Source: Basidiobolus meristosporus CBS 931.73
Taxonomy: Eukaryota; Fungi; Basidiobolomycota
Length of the DNA: 64,000 nt
Assembly: GCA_002104905.1 (NCBI GenBank)
Contig: MCFE01000230.1
Location: forward strand, 57,428-121,427
Reading direction: 5' to 3'
Positions 1-16,279 of the stretch are shown piece by piece (the first letter of the stretch is position 1; every line of letters begins with the position of its first letter). Below the pieces are notes generated by a model. The model was not told the origin of the DNA. It did no database searches and worked only from the letters and a program-made list of their open reading frames with translations. A program made the position numbers and the translations under genes.

Positions 1-2
1 GA

Positions 3-158
3 CATCTTTTCATACATGGAGCTGTAGAGAATAACTTAGTTAGCTTAGTTTACTGTCCTATAGATGAAATGATTGCAGACATATTTACCATACCATTAGC
101 TAGAGACAAGTTTGAATATTTTAGGTCGAAATTAGGACTAGTCAGTATGAACATTTAG
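3..158 (+). mobile_element. Ty1/copia pol C-terminus (RNase H end), runs off window start
   Basis: Frame reads HLFIHGAVENNLVSLVYCPIDEMIADIFTIPLARDKFEYFRSKLG..*, matching the copia ADIFTKPL..F...R..LG end. Followed by polypurine tract GAGTGGGAG (161-169) and an LTR starting TGTTG. Confidence 0.85.
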
Positions 159-169
159 CTGAGTGGGAG

Positions 170-514
170 TGTTGTAAAAATTTGTGGTTCCACCTAAATA
201 TTTACTTGACTTAGTCACTTAAATCATTGCCCTCAAATTCTAGAGAATACTGACCAAATTTTTTGTTGGGATTTACTTGGAATATTTTCACCAAAATACC
301 TGGTATCCAGAACATGAAAATTCTCAAAGTTGTCCAAACAGCCCCAAACTTAGCACACATGTTCATGGGACCTTCCTTAACCATTTTATGTGCTTGTAAT
401 GCCAAGACCAGGTAAAAGTATAAATACTACTTTTACATTCAATAAATCATTTAGTGAAAGCCACATAATCAACTTGCCCATCCAAATACTTCCAATATCT
501 CCAAGACTCTTACA
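170..514 (+). mobile_element. copia 3' LTR (family A, ~345 bp)
   Basis: Begins TGTTG directly after the PPT and ends CTTACA. Contains TATAAA and AATAAA. Homologous copies at 519, 814, 1819 and 4207. Confidence 0.85.
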
Positions 515-518
515 TCAG

Positions 519-809
519 TTTTCACATAATGGTTTATTGAATGTAAAAGTAGTATTTATACTTTTACCTGGTATTGGCACTACAAACACATATGATAGGC
601 TAAGAAAGGTCCCAAGAACATGTGAGCAAAGTTTGGGCTGTTTGGACAAATTTTAGAATTTTCATGTTCTGGATACCTGGTATTTTGGTGAAAATATTCC
701 AAGTAAATCCTGACAAGGAATTTGGTCAGTCTTCTCTAGGATTTGAGGGTGATGATCTGAGTGACTAAGTTGGGTGAATATTTAGGGGGAATTACAAGTT
801 TTTACAACA
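519..809 (-). mobile_element. family A LTR, inverted, 3'-truncated
   Basis: Reverse complement of LTR 170-514, ending ACAACA at 809. Abuts the first LTR tail-to-tail. Confidence 0.8.
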
Positions 810-813
810 CTAG

Positions 814-1162
814 TGTTGTAAGAGTTTTGGAGATATTGGAAGTTATTGGGAGAACAAGTAGATTATGTGGTTTTCACATAATGATTTATTGAATGTAAAA
901 GTAGTATTTATACTTTTATATAGTCTTGGCATAACAAGCATGTAGAATAGGTTAAGGAAGGTCCCAAGAGCATGTGTGCAAAGTTTGGGGCTCTTTGGAC
1001 AACTTTGAGAATCTTGATGTTCTGGGTACCTGGTATTTTGGTGAAAATATTTTAAGTAAATCCCAACAAGGAATTTGGTCACTATTCTCTTGGATATGAA
1101 GGTAATGATCTAAGTGACTAAGTTAGGTGAATATTTAGGTGGAAATACAAATTTTTACAACA
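814..1162 (-). mobile_element. family A solo LTR with perfect 5-bp TSD
   Basis: TGTTG...ACAACA, flanked by ACTAG at 809-813 and 1163-1167. Confidence 0.9.
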
Positions 1163-1177
1163 ACTAGAAGCAGTTGG

Positions 1178-1704
1178 TGTCATGGTCACATGACATCCCT
1201 GGTCTCTGATTATCTAGCCAAATCAAGTCAGTCAAGAAATCCCAGTTCCTTCTAGAAAGTTCTATTACATTCTAGCAACTTCTTGAAAGCTCCAAGTCAA
1301 TGTTACACAATGGAACATTCTATGAAAGCTTCCCATCAGAGTCTATGTAGTCCCATGCCATATATGGTAAATACATGTCACATGACCTAGTCACATGATC
1401 AGCTGACCCCTGATATATCTCCATGTGACATTCCAGTCTGTTCTTTAGTATTTTCTATCTCAGCACACTTACTGTGCCTTACCCCAGAACCCATCAGTAT
1501 TAGCCAATATCTCTTGGCATCCATATTGCCAAGAAGTATATATAGTCCTATCCCCCCTTATGTATTCCTCAGTCTGATAAACACAGGTCTTGAATAAACA
1601 GCCTTGCCTTGGAAATCTGCCTTGCCTTGTTGATCCACACCTAAGTCCTTTCCTGGTCCTGCCTTGCCTAGCTCTACTCTCCTGCCTTGTGTCTATTCAT
1701 AATA
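1178..1704. mobile_element. solo LTR of a second family (B) inserted in copia pol
   Basis: Starts TGTCATG and ends CATAATA (degenerate inverted termini). Flanked by GTTGG at 1173-1177 and 1705-1709. Internal TATATA and AATAAA. Removing it restores copia protease-region frame LEAVGKETIQV. Confidence 0.65.
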
Positions 1705-1818
1705 GTTGGCAAGGAAACTATTCAAGTTTACCTCAGATGTGGTGAAGGAAGCAATACACATACCTTCAAGAAAGTCCTCTAAGTATCAAAAATAGCCAAA
1801 AATATACTACCTGTAAGC

Positions 1819-2150
1819 TGTTGTAAGAGTCTTGGAGATATTGGAAGTGATTGGGAGGACAAGTAGATTATGTGGTTTTCACTTAAGGATTTATTGAATG
1901 TAAAAGTAGTATTTATACTTCTACATAGTCTTGGCATAACAAACTTGTAGAATAGGCTAAGGAAGGTCCCAAGAACATGTGTGCAGTGTTTGGGGCTGTT
2001 TGAACTACTTTGAGAATTTTCATGTTCTGAGTAAATATTCTAAGTAAATCCTGACAAGGAATTTGGTCAGTATTCTGTAGAATTTGAAGGTAATGATCTA
2101 AGTGACTAAGTTAGGTGAATATTTAGGTGGAGTTCCAAATTTTTACAACA
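1819..2150 (-). mobile_element. family A solo LTR with near-perfect TSD
   Basis: TGTTG...ACAACA, flanked by TAAGC (1814-1818) and CAAGC (2151-2155). Confidence 0.85.
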
Positions 2151-3684
2151 CAAGCAAGGCAACAAGTGAGGACCCAGTTTGACAACATTGGATACAAGAT
2201 TACTGATTTAAATGGTACTCATGTTGCCTTGGGTCACATATATCAGAATATTTGCAAGTTGACTTCTATTCCACCATCTCTGGTGGCCAATATTTGTAGC
2301 TTAATTTAAGAAAGACCAATGCCTTGGTACTAGGAATTTGAACATATCATTTTTGAATATTTACACAAAATGATCAGAGTTGAGCTGATTTGCAAGTGAT
2401 TCTTCCTGCCAATTTGCAGCAATGTAAAGCCTGCATATATGGGAAACAAGCCATACAGCTGTTCAAGAGCTCTGGTCTAATCAAAACTAAGAAAAAGGTA
2501 AATCCATTTCACTCATGTTTATGTTTACCTATGCAAATTGTATCATTATGTGGAGTGAGTATATAATTAAATTAATTGACAATTGTACAAGATGCACATG
2601 GATCTACTTCATGGAAAGAAAGGAAGAAGCTCTGTCTATTTCAGGCAGCTTAAAGCCATGGTGGAGAGAGAAACTGGAGAAAAAATCAAGAAAATATGCT
2701 CTGACAATGGTGGTGCAAATATCTCAAGACTCCAAATCCAGCTATGAGAAATTCATGTGATAATACAAGAGACTACTGTACCATATTGCTCAAGGTAAAT
2801 GAAGTTTCATAATGTGCAAATAGATCAACAAATGAAATGGCAAATTCTATGATCCACGATCAAAAATTATCCTATGATTTTTGGGTGGAATCAGTGGCTA
2901 CAGCTGTAAATCTTAAAGATAGAAGCTATAGCAGAATACATTGGAATTCTACCCCATTTGGGGAATGGCATAGATATGGACCAAGCTGAGAGCACCTAAG
3001 AGTACCCAATTGGACAGCATATGCCAAGAATCTTCCTGGAAAACAGTTAAAAATTAAGCCATAAAGTGTAAAATGCAAGTTTTTGGGCTACCGCAGTGAG
3101 AATAAGGCATAGAGACTCTACAGTACAAAAGCAAAGAGGCAGATCAAGTCTGAGGATGTTTTTCTTAATGAGAAATTAGGATCCTCACAGTGAATGACAC
3201 TAGATGATGACAAACACATTATCTCACATCCACTGAGAGTAGAACTGAATCAGAGCAAAACAATGAATCTTTTTTACTCCTGAGGACTCTACAACCATGG
3301 TTCAGCCTGAATCAGTGCCCAAGAACATCCCAGAAGTGATTATTCCTGTACTTTAAGCCAGGAGATCCTACTGGATCAGAAATAGCTCAAATTTCTATAC
3401 TAATAAGGGTGCAAGCTTTGTCTATGCCTTTTCAGTCCATATTGATGAGCCTCAGACTGTAAAAGAGGCCCTGATTAGCCCTCAGACAAAGTTTTGGAGA
3501 TCAGCAATGACTGAGAAGTCACACTTGAGATTTGGCTAGATTACCAGTCAGCCAAAAATCAATTAGATGCAGATGGGTTTTCAAGACAAAATACATGGCT
3601 GATGGTACAAATGAAAGATATAAGGGAAGACTTATGGCCAAAGGATACTCTCAAACAAAAGGACTGACTATACTGAGACCTTTG

Positions 3685-3856
3685 CATTGTAGAAAATTGC
3701 AGTTTCACCTAAATGTTCACCTAATTTAGTCACTTAGATCATTACCTACAAGTCTTAGCAAATACTGACCAAATTCCTTGTTGGGATTTACTTAGGTAAT
3801 GCACCAAGTGACTAAGTTAGGTGAATATTTAGGTGGAGTTACAAATCTTTGCAACA
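3685..3856. repeat. palindrome of two family A LTR 5' fragments
   Basis: CACCTAAATGTTCACCTAATTTAGTCACTT on the left is matched by AAGTGACTAAGTTAGGTGAATATTTAGGTG on the right. Right end is GCAACA. Confidence 0.75.
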
Positions 3857-4206
3857 CAACCAACCATAGTACTTTCTACTACAGAGGCACAGTATATGGC
3901 ACCCTTTGAAGCTACAAAAGAAGCAATGTGGCTAAGAAAACTTTTTAAATATTTAGGCTGATATCAAAAAGCCCCTACTGCATTATCTTTAGATAATTGA
4001 GGATGTGTATGATTATGTAGAAATCCAACTTTGCATGCAAGAACTAAGCATATAGATATTGGACAACATTTTATACATTGAATTAGTGGACAGTGCTACA
4101 AATGAAATGATGTAGACATATTTGCCAAACCACTAGCTAGAGACAAAATCAAATATCTTTAATCACAATTATGATTAGTTGATATGAATACTTGGTGAAG
4201 TGGAAG

Positions 4207-4549
4207 TGTTGCAAAGGTGTGTATTTCCACCTAAAATACTCACCTAACTTAGTCACTTAGACCATTACCTACAAGTCATAGAGAATTCTGACTAAACCTC
4301 TTGTTGGAATTTACTTGGAATATTTGTACCAAACATCAGGTATTCAGAACATCAAAAATCCCAAAATTGTCCAAGCAGCCCCAAACTTTGCACACATGTT
4401 CTTGGGACCCTCCTGAGCAAATTTTACATGTTTATTTTGCCGAGACCATGTAAAAGTATAAATGCTACTTTTACATTCAATAAATCATTAAGCAATAACC
4501 ACATATTCTACTTGTTCTCCTAATCACTTCCACGTCTTTTCTACAAATC
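4207..4549 (+). mobile_element. copia 3' LTR (family A)
   Basis: Follows RNase H remnant and purine tract GAAGTGGAAG. Starts TGTTG and aligns with 170-514; 3' end eroded. Confidence 0.8.
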
Positions 4550-4946
4550 GGTGTTTCCAACGAGATCTTCCGAGGTTGGCAGTTTCACTCGATTATGTCA
4601 CGGCCATCGCTGGTATACCAATGATGTTGCGCTCAAGCGGGGTTCGCTTTCTAAGCAAATGCCGGGTCAACCTCCGGATATCCACCGATGATCCAGGCAC
4701 CTTCATAGATAGCAGACATGATGTTGGAGCATCCTGAAGTTGGCATTTGAAGACATCACATCACTTGCATGCGATCCAGCTCCCCCGCGTAGCCAATCGA
4801 TGCCGTCCAATCCAACGGGATCCCGCGATTCCTGCGGGAGTCGGATCTCCAGGGCATTTCTGTCGAATGAAGGATGGATCCCAAATGATTTCAAGAGGTT
4901 CACGAAGTGATCCTCCAGCCTCACCACACCATCGCATCCGACCAGT

Positions 4947-6135
4947 ATGGCTTCTGCGGACTCCCCAAGTTCCATCAACCTCACGTCGGCCTCCACCACA
5001 CCTTCCTCGACACCGAACTCCTTCTCCCACCTCAGCCTCGAAGGAAGTACGCTCACCTCCACGCATCCGTATCTGCCGACCTCCAATGCTGCGACCCATC
5101 CGACCCCACCCACCTATCCAACCCAAACCTCCCTCCCGATGGCCGCTCTGCAAAACCGCAGCCACTTCGCCTCCCCTTCGGCCTTCGTTTTGGCGTCCTC
5201 CCCGCCCCAAACAACAAACTTACCCAACATGTCGACCACTTCGTTGGCGATGAGCTCCTCCCTCGCCATCAGCAAATCTCTGATGAGTCTAGATGCCAGG
5301 ACCATGAGCAGGGAGATGTCCCTATCAGGAGATGCCTACGTACAGGATGACAAATGGCAGACGCTTTGTGTGAAGGTCCTGCCGCTGTTTAACGGAGAAG
5401 GGCTCAAGGGCTACGTAGAGGATCTGAACGAACTGGTCAGGTAAGTGCGACCTGAATTCCCCCCCCCTTCCACCTCTGCGAAGCAAGCCATTTACCCAAT
5501 TTTTTCGCCCCCTACAGAGGCTGTCTGAACGACAAGGCCCTGGCCACTCTGGCTGAAGACATCGAGCACCTACTTGGCGACGGCATGCTGACGCTGAACG
5601 TGAAACTGATCGGGGTCAACGACGAAAAGTTGGTCAGTCGTCTGGTGGAGCTTTGGTCGTTCTTCTTCGGCACCGTGCTTCCTTACTTCGAGAGCGTATT
5701 TCTACCACTGCAGACGGAGGTGAAGAAGTACCAACTACCCACGGTCACCGTGAACGTTCGTAACATGGCGCTGAGCAGCTTCCGGGATCATGTGATCATC
5801 CCGATGGTCGACCGGCTGGAAGGTAAAGGCCACCACAGTATGATCGCGGGGGGAAGCCCGAGTTAACCCGATTGATACGTTCAGGTGTGTTCTCGAAGCT
5901 CTTCATCGACAACGAGGAGACGGGGATCCCGCGCACCGACACCGCGGCGCGTATGCTTCAGATGATCTCGGTGCTGAGCAACCTGCGACCGGACGACGAC
6001 TTCGAGGAGGACATCAAGCGGGTGCTGGACATGCTGAAAACCAACTACAGAGCGTACATGAGCAAGAGAGACCACCGCTGGGGCACCTCGAAAAACATCA
6101 TTCCCGACAGGAGCGAGGAGAAGGGGGTCCTGTGA
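4947..6135 (+). CDS. HbrB-domain protein (Bit61/PRR5-like TORC2 subunit), 3 exons
   Basis: Exons 4947-5440, 5518-5822 and 5885-6135 join in frame via GT-AG introns. Motifs WQTLCVKVLPLFNGEGL..VEDLNELVR and LVELWSFFFGTVLPYFESVFLPL. Confidence 0.8.
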
Positions 6136-6486
6136 GGAACGGGCACCATGTACAGTAAACGAATCTTAACCACCCACTTCAGCGAATCCCCCTAATCAAC
6201 CCGCCCCTTCCCTATCGTCACGCAAATAAACTCCATGTGTATGCTTGAACCATCGGAACGATCCATGTGCATTCATCCCCGACTGAGGCTCTGATGATTG
6301 ATTTCTGATACACTGGTCCGTTTCAGCTGCGATGTTGTTAGGACACCTCGGAATGATTGGAAGCTATATAATGGATTCATCCGGAGAAACGGAAAGCGTT
6401 CCAACCTAAACTCAACTAACCCCTCCCCACACCGGTCTATCTACTTAACCTTAACTCTAACCCCCCCCCCCTTGGCTTGCAACACG

Positions 6487-7293
6487 ATGAACTGTCTGCC
6501 CCCCAGCTTTGCCCGCACGCTGCACTGGCTCCTGTTGCTATGCGCACTGGGGCTCGGGATTCAAGCGGACGGAACGCCGTCCCTTCCCTCGGCATTCGAC
6601 CTAGCCTACGAATCGGAGGTGACGCCCAGCTGCAACGCGTTCTTCCAGAGATTCCTGTCGTCTGCGGATTTCCGGGCCTGCAAGCCGCTGAGCTTCTTCA
6701 TCACCAACTCGTACGAGTTCGCGGCGAGAAGCCGGGCGGCCCCCTACAACGCCCTCATGCTGGAGGAGATCTGCACCACGCCGAAGGTGGACTGCCAGAA
6801 GGTGATGCGGGAGTTCCGCCAGGAGATGGTCAAGATGGAGCGCTGCGGCCAGGACCTACGGGCCCAAAACCCCCTCGCTAATTCGGTCTATGTGTCGTTC
6901 ATCAACTTCCACCTGATGCAGCGGGTGGGCTGCGTGAAGGACGAGCAGGAGCAGAGCTGCTTTGTGGAGGCGTTGGAAGGCCGGGCCAACCTGAACCTCT
7001 ACTTCATGCCCTATGGACATCTGCTGTCCCCTGTCGACAACTCCACCGCGGCCAGCTCGGTGTGCACGCTCTGCACCAGCAAGGTGATGGACCTCTACGG
7101 CCGCTTCGGGTCACAGTACCGTAGCCCCTTGGGCCGGACGTACAAGCCATCCAAGGACATCATCATCGAACAGTGCGGCCGCAGTTTCTTGAAAGCCCAC
7201 AAGCAGCCCGCCAACGAGGGGGCAGCAAGGAGGCGGCTAACCAGCCTTGTGGGGATGCTGGTTGGCGTGGTCACGGCCGCGATGCTCCAGTAA
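6487..7293 (+). CDS. secreted Cys-rich, probably GPI-anchored fungal protein
   Basis: Single exon. Signal peptide MNCLPPSFARTLHWLLLLCALGLGIQA, about 10 Cys (CNAFFQRFLSSADFRACKPLS pattern) and hydrophobic C-terminus LTSLVGMLVGVVTAAMLQ. Confidence 0.75.
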   Translation: MNCLPPSFARTLHWLLLLCALGLGIQADGTPSLPSAFDLAYESEVTPSCNAFFQRFLSSADFRACKPLSFFITNSYEFAARSRAAPYNALMLEEICTTPKVDCQKVMREFRQEMVKMERCGQDLRAQNPLANSVYVSFINFHLMQRVGCVKDEQEQSCFVEALEGRANLNLYFMPYGHLLSPVDNSTAASSVCTLCTSKVMDLYGRFGSQYRSPLGRTYKPSKDIIIEQCGRSFLKAHKQPANEGAARRRLTSLVGMLVGVVTAAMLQ

Positions 7294-8165
7294 GATACCG
7301 GATTTCTCTGTAGAATAGTAGATGTAGAGCCCGGCATCGTCGGCTCAGTTATACATACCAAGGTGCACCAATATCAAACCTAAATGTAAATCGCTTCAAT
7401 AAACACACCCCTGAGGAGGGAGACGAACCTGGTTTCTACCGATTTGGGGAGGCTACACGGTCTATCTGATCCTGCACGAATGGCGGTGATCTAGTTACCC
7501 GTAACCGTATTGGCAGGCTAGCACCAGGCGATAAGCCTTTCGAGGCGGAATGGTGGTCCAGCGCCAGGTCCAATGCGCAACACTCTATCTTCCCGGCGTC
7601 AACATCGGAGATCTAAAACCCGCTGGTCAATGGTTCTGATATCGTCCAGATCGGAGCAGGAGATTCTGGAGTACGGCAACGAATCGGTTGCGGAAACTTC
7701 GATCCAGAAATCCCGCATGTTTATACATGGCTCATCCAGGGCCAATCCCGTGCCCACATGGTGGATCCAATCTATATTGGTCTCCAACACATAATTAATC
7801 TAAAGCCAACCAAGCCAACCAAGCCAACACCGGCCCATTCTAAATAGATTTCCTAGAGGTGTGTGAACACAGTCCAGCCTCTTCCACCAATCCCCGTTAT
7901 GGAGATCTCGGAACCCAGAGGCTGACGGCCCAGGAGTCCAACCCAATTTGGCTGAATGAGGATGTCCTAGCGCTTGCGTAGTGACTCCAATGATTAGGTT
8001 TATTTCGGAATAAATGCAATTAATAGTCACTAATCCGGTGAGGCGGCAGAGAGAGATTATATACATCAGTAGTGTCCTCATCCAAACCCCGAGTCGGTGG
8101 GAATTTCATGGATGATATTAAATGCGGAGGTCGTCAAATACACATATGTCGTCTACGGTTCAGGA

Positions 8166-8832
<667 letters not shown>

Positions 8833-10052
8833 CTACTCGAGCTATACCCTATTCAAACACATAAGGCCATACGTATTTGGACCATAAGGGTTTCTACGTC
8901 ATAAGTGGGAAGCTCGGAAATTACTGCGATAAGATGATAACCTCAATTTATACCGAGTCGAGGTTGATGCGGTCGGATTCAAATACATTTATGGAATGGA
9001 AAGTTCTTAGTGATCGTTCGATGTCGGGGTGACTTTTTCACGCAGGAGTGATCAATGCGACTGAGGGTTGGGGAACGCTGTCCGTTTAGAGTCCGATCGA
9101 GATGCATGTGAAGGCCATGTTGCTGGAACAAACCAAACATCGCAAAATTAAATCTTTCAAGCCACTAAGCTTGGCCGAGTGAAAATTCATTTAGATTTGA
9201 AACCGCCGGATCAAATTGGCTGTGACGCAGAAGAGTCCGTGCGAGTGGGTTGTAGCCGGATTGGGGGTCTGCTGGCTAGGATATGGTTTGATGAGAGGGC
9301 TATGTCCTAAGCTCTTGGCGAGAGTGTGGCTGCACCCAGTTCCAGTGCGACCTCGCCCCCCAACCAGATGCTCTAGCGATAGCCACGATGACCCTCTGCG
9401 CCAAGTTGAGATCGATTTGAGGTCTCTTTAGGGTGGAACAAACGAGTTTAAAGTTTACCAATTCTGATGAGTATCTTCCCATACCCGATATGGCTGGGAG
9501 GGATCAAATCATCAAGTGATCGTCATCCCTGATTTTCCTACCAGTTTATTGATCAGCTACTCTAATTCACACTGCCACTACCACTGCCACTACCTCTACC
9601 ACTGCCTCGTTGAATCACACTGTCACCACCACTGCCGGGCTGCTTCCCTATTCCACTGAGCACGGGTGACCAGCAACCGGTGACCAGCAATATGCCTTGA
9701 AATAGAAGTCCCCGTCACTCCAGGAACAGCCCAGCAGGATGATGTGTAGGCCATCTAACCAAAACATCGCGCTCCACTCGCATTAGGAAAGCTGTGTCGC
9801 GCCGGTGGAGGTTGGGCGGCAGAAAAGAGAAGGTCAGAATGATGTAACAGGTTTTATATAGTTTGCTTCTTTAAAGGAATAAGCGTGGGGTTAACATGGC
9901 GGGAACTAGAAGCCCACCGCTTTGTCACAGCACTGGGGACGATAAATTGGTGCACTCCATGCGTTGGTGAGGCTGCCGAACATACTTGCGCGGTGCCATC
10001 CTGATTCAAGTCGCTGATCAGGCTTTCCTTATTCATACGAATCCCATCACCG

Positions 10053-13148
<3,096 letters not shown>

Positions 13149-14538
13149 TTTTTCGGTCCGTCAGAGAGATTGGAGAAATCGGTTCTACGCTTATTAAAGG
13201 AGAGGGATCAAATTAATGCGGTGAAATACAAGAGTGAGGCTAGCGCATTCTTCTCAATCAGACCCGTTGTGTGCTTCAGACTCACTTCGGTGTGATGGAA
13301 TTAGTAAGTGAGGGAAGCGGATAATTTGTAGAAAACTTATGCTAGTATAGCTTGAGTTTGCATAAGAATATAGCTGCATCTGGTGCCGCACTTCCCGTGA
13401 CTGGTAAAGGACATTTGTGACTGCCACGGATTACTCATATCATTTGTTTAACAAATGAACTATATAAGAACTATAACCCAATAGACAGAAGTGTGTGGAT
13501 ACTGCGGTTATTAAGCCCATAGTTATGTAAGATAGGAAGCTGGTTTAATCCTTGCCACCATTCAGAAAGCCACGCACCAAAAAAGAGAACGATTACAAAT
13601 CGTGGCCCAAAATGGCTACAAATCGAGCACCATTTATCCAGCACCACTCTAACGTTGAAAGTATAAATACATTGGCAGGGCATAGATTCATTCAATCAAA
13701 GCCCCAAAATACCTATTCTTGTTTGATGCCATATGATAATACCTATTCCTGTTTGATGCCATATGATTTTTCTTGCTTAAGCATGCGCACCCGAACCCAG
13801 ATTTGATTCAGTAATATACCATTCTTAAACGTCATGCCATTTGACAACAAGCAGAAGTCCACATCGAATTGGTAATCGACATGAGTTAGGCCTCAGTCCA
13901 AATACTACTGAAACATCGACTCCAGACCACCCGATGGACTGCGATCTAGGACTGGCCATTTGAGTCATCACGATTGTTCCCGTAACCGATGCTATGATAT
14001 AAGAGCTCGGGGCAAATACAAAGATCAACATCCATGAGCACTTCAGCAACACTTCGTCTTTACAGTATCGTGACTCCATCCAGACATAGAGGCCGGTCGT
14101 TCTTTACTTTTGCGGAGATCCACTCCCCGTTGGAGAGAGCCCATTTTCCGCTCAAGACCAAACTGCCGAGATTCGCCCCCGCGGTCCCCTCATTAACTCC
14201 TCCGAAGTTGGACGCTATGGAGGAATGCATCCTGCACGGACAGTTCCTAGATTAATTAACCACCACCATCCACTAGTTTATTCCCATTAATAAGATGTAC
14301 ACAAGCCCATTGTATGGCTCGGTAAATACCCAATGTGAGCCGTTGTATTACTCAGTAAATATCCTACATAAACCCGAAGCAAGGGCCGAACGAATCAATT
14401 TAATTGTATGCTCTAACTTGGTATAGAGAAAGCGCGATGCCTCGAGGAGGGAAAGGTGGGTTCGAATGGAGCGGTGTTGTGGGTTGTTATAGTACATGTT
14501 CTTATGGTACATTTGGGTGCGAATGTACACGCCGACAC

Positions 14539-16279
14539 TCAGGGAAAGTAGCATATATACTTCTTGCCAACCTCTCTCCAGAGAAGAAGCGAAATCCCTC
14601 CTCCAGGCCAACTGTTGATGAAAAGCTTTCTCATTCGACAGCAGGAGCTGGTTAGCCGTCTGACCGAGTAGTCGGTTAGGTCCGATTGGTCGTTAAATGC
14701 TAGCATTTCCAAACTGCTTCCCCAAATGGCAAATGTGTTCAGGATGTTGTCGTTGATGGCCCAGCCACGGATGTCGAGAAATCGGATCCGCTTCCCAAGC
14801 TTTTTGAACATCATCTCGAAGAGCTGCTCATCTTCTCTGGGCTGTCCAAAGTCATGAATACGGCACGAAATATCGATCTCTTGGAGACGGCTGCAGTGTG
14901 TGCTCATGGAGCACAAGACCTCTTTTGAAATGTGAAAGGTGCTGCTGCTCAGGTTAAGATATTGCAAAGTGTCTCCACAGCCCTTGAATACAGAATCGAG
15001 TGACTTGTGGCACGCCATGGTCCCCGACATCGAAAGCCTCCGAAGTCGCTTACAGTGTGCTCCGATCATATGGCCAATCGTGTCCGGGACCATGCTATCC
15101 TCCACGGACAAAGAGACCAGCTTGGGTCCACGCTTGGAAAACAGTTCGTTCCATGCGCCTTTCCCCAAACTGCCTTGATCGCTAACTCTGTTCAGAATCA
15201 AGGTGTGCAGTGTGTCGGTGGTGAATGTCGCTAGGTTTGCCAGAAACAAATCACTGAATTGGATTCCCGCCAGCTTCAGTATCCTAACGTTCCTTAATGA
15301 TCGACAGAATCGGCTCATCAATGCGTCGGGAAGGCGAAGTAGCTCTACGTAATCGAAGTGAAGTGAACACTCTTGCAAAACGCCGCCAAACTTGCTAATC
15401 AGGTCATTAAAGAACCGCCAATAGGAGACATCGATGCTGTTTCCGCTGAAGCTGAAACGTAGCGCTCTGAGGTTGGGACAGCCTTCGCTCAAAACACTTA
15501 TTATGTCATCCACCAGATCTTGAATGTAATGCCCAAAGTCGATATCAAGCTCGAATTGCGTTAGATTGGGCATCAGTCGGATGAGGGCCTTGATGAGACT
15601 GCCCTCGAATGCATCTCCTCGCACCTCAAACGACACAAGTGATTGAAGGCTCGGAAAACCGGCCGTAATCAACGACTGCGCCGTCTTGAACCCTTCGGAG
15701 CTCTCGTTGATAACCAAGCCCAACTCTGAGAGGTGAGGGCATCTACTCAAGACACGTGCAAGTGATTCGACGTCCGAATCCCTGCAGAGCTCAATATATC
15801 GCAAGCTCGAAAGCTGGCCGTGAAAAACTGCGGACTCGCCAAAAGCCATGTTGTTCAAATGCAGAGGACAATACGACGAAGTGTGTAGTTTCCTTAAGTT
15901 TGGCAGGTGCTGCAGTAGCTCTAAGGCTATAAACCCATTCTCGTGGGTGTAATCTTCAAAGTTAAACTGATGTACAAGACTGGCGACTGTTGAGGGGGAA
16001 AGTGTCGGTTAGAGTGTGGCTTTTGGCGGGACTGTGGTAGGAAACATACTTACGCTGACACTTGGACATGACAGACTCTCGAAAAGATAGAAAGTTCGTG
16101 TGGGAAAGGAACTGTGGAGAGCTCCATAGAATGGGAATCGTGCAGCAGTACCACGTACGATTGAGTAGACAGCAAGAATGTAGATCCGAGTAAAAGCCGG
16201 TTAGATATTGTAGTATGTGTTCAACGACTTCCACTGGGAGTTCGAGTGGAGGTACTTCTGTCAAAGAACAGAGTTTCAT
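14539..16279 (-). CDS. F-box/leucine-rich-repeat protein
   Basis: N-terminal F-box LPVEVVEHILQYL..DLHSCCLLNRTWY, intron 15987-16053, then repeated LxxLxL..C LRR units. Confidence 0.85.

Larger units (their letters stand above)
1705..4206 (+). mobile_element. degenerate Ty1/copia internal region (protease, integrase, RT N-terminus, RNase H)
   Basis: Broken frames give KKVL.VSKIAKNILPV, H..LGH, CTRCTWIYFMERK, SDNGG, FWVESVATAV, DEPQTVKEAL, CRWVFKTK..RYKGRLMAKGYSQ, DYTETFA, STTEAQYM..ATKEAMWLRKL and RTKHIDI. Many stops and frameshifts; RT core deleted. Confidence 0.85.

Noticed and set aside
211-2309. ORF-track ORFs at 211, 390, 843 and 2127
   Set aside because: They are chance frames across LTR copies and their similarity to each other just reflects the repeat.
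4703-5350. Multiple overlapping ORFs around the HbrB exon 1
   Set aside because: GC-rich shadow frames. Only 4947 splices into the HbrB domain.
7599-8081. Protein-like minus-strand ORFs downstream of the C2H2 gene
   Set aside because: No motif, no convincing start or splice path; left unannotated.
13709-13768. 30-bp tandem duplication and nearby short ORFs (13471-14255)
   Set aside because: Simple local duplication, and the ORFs lack recognisable features.
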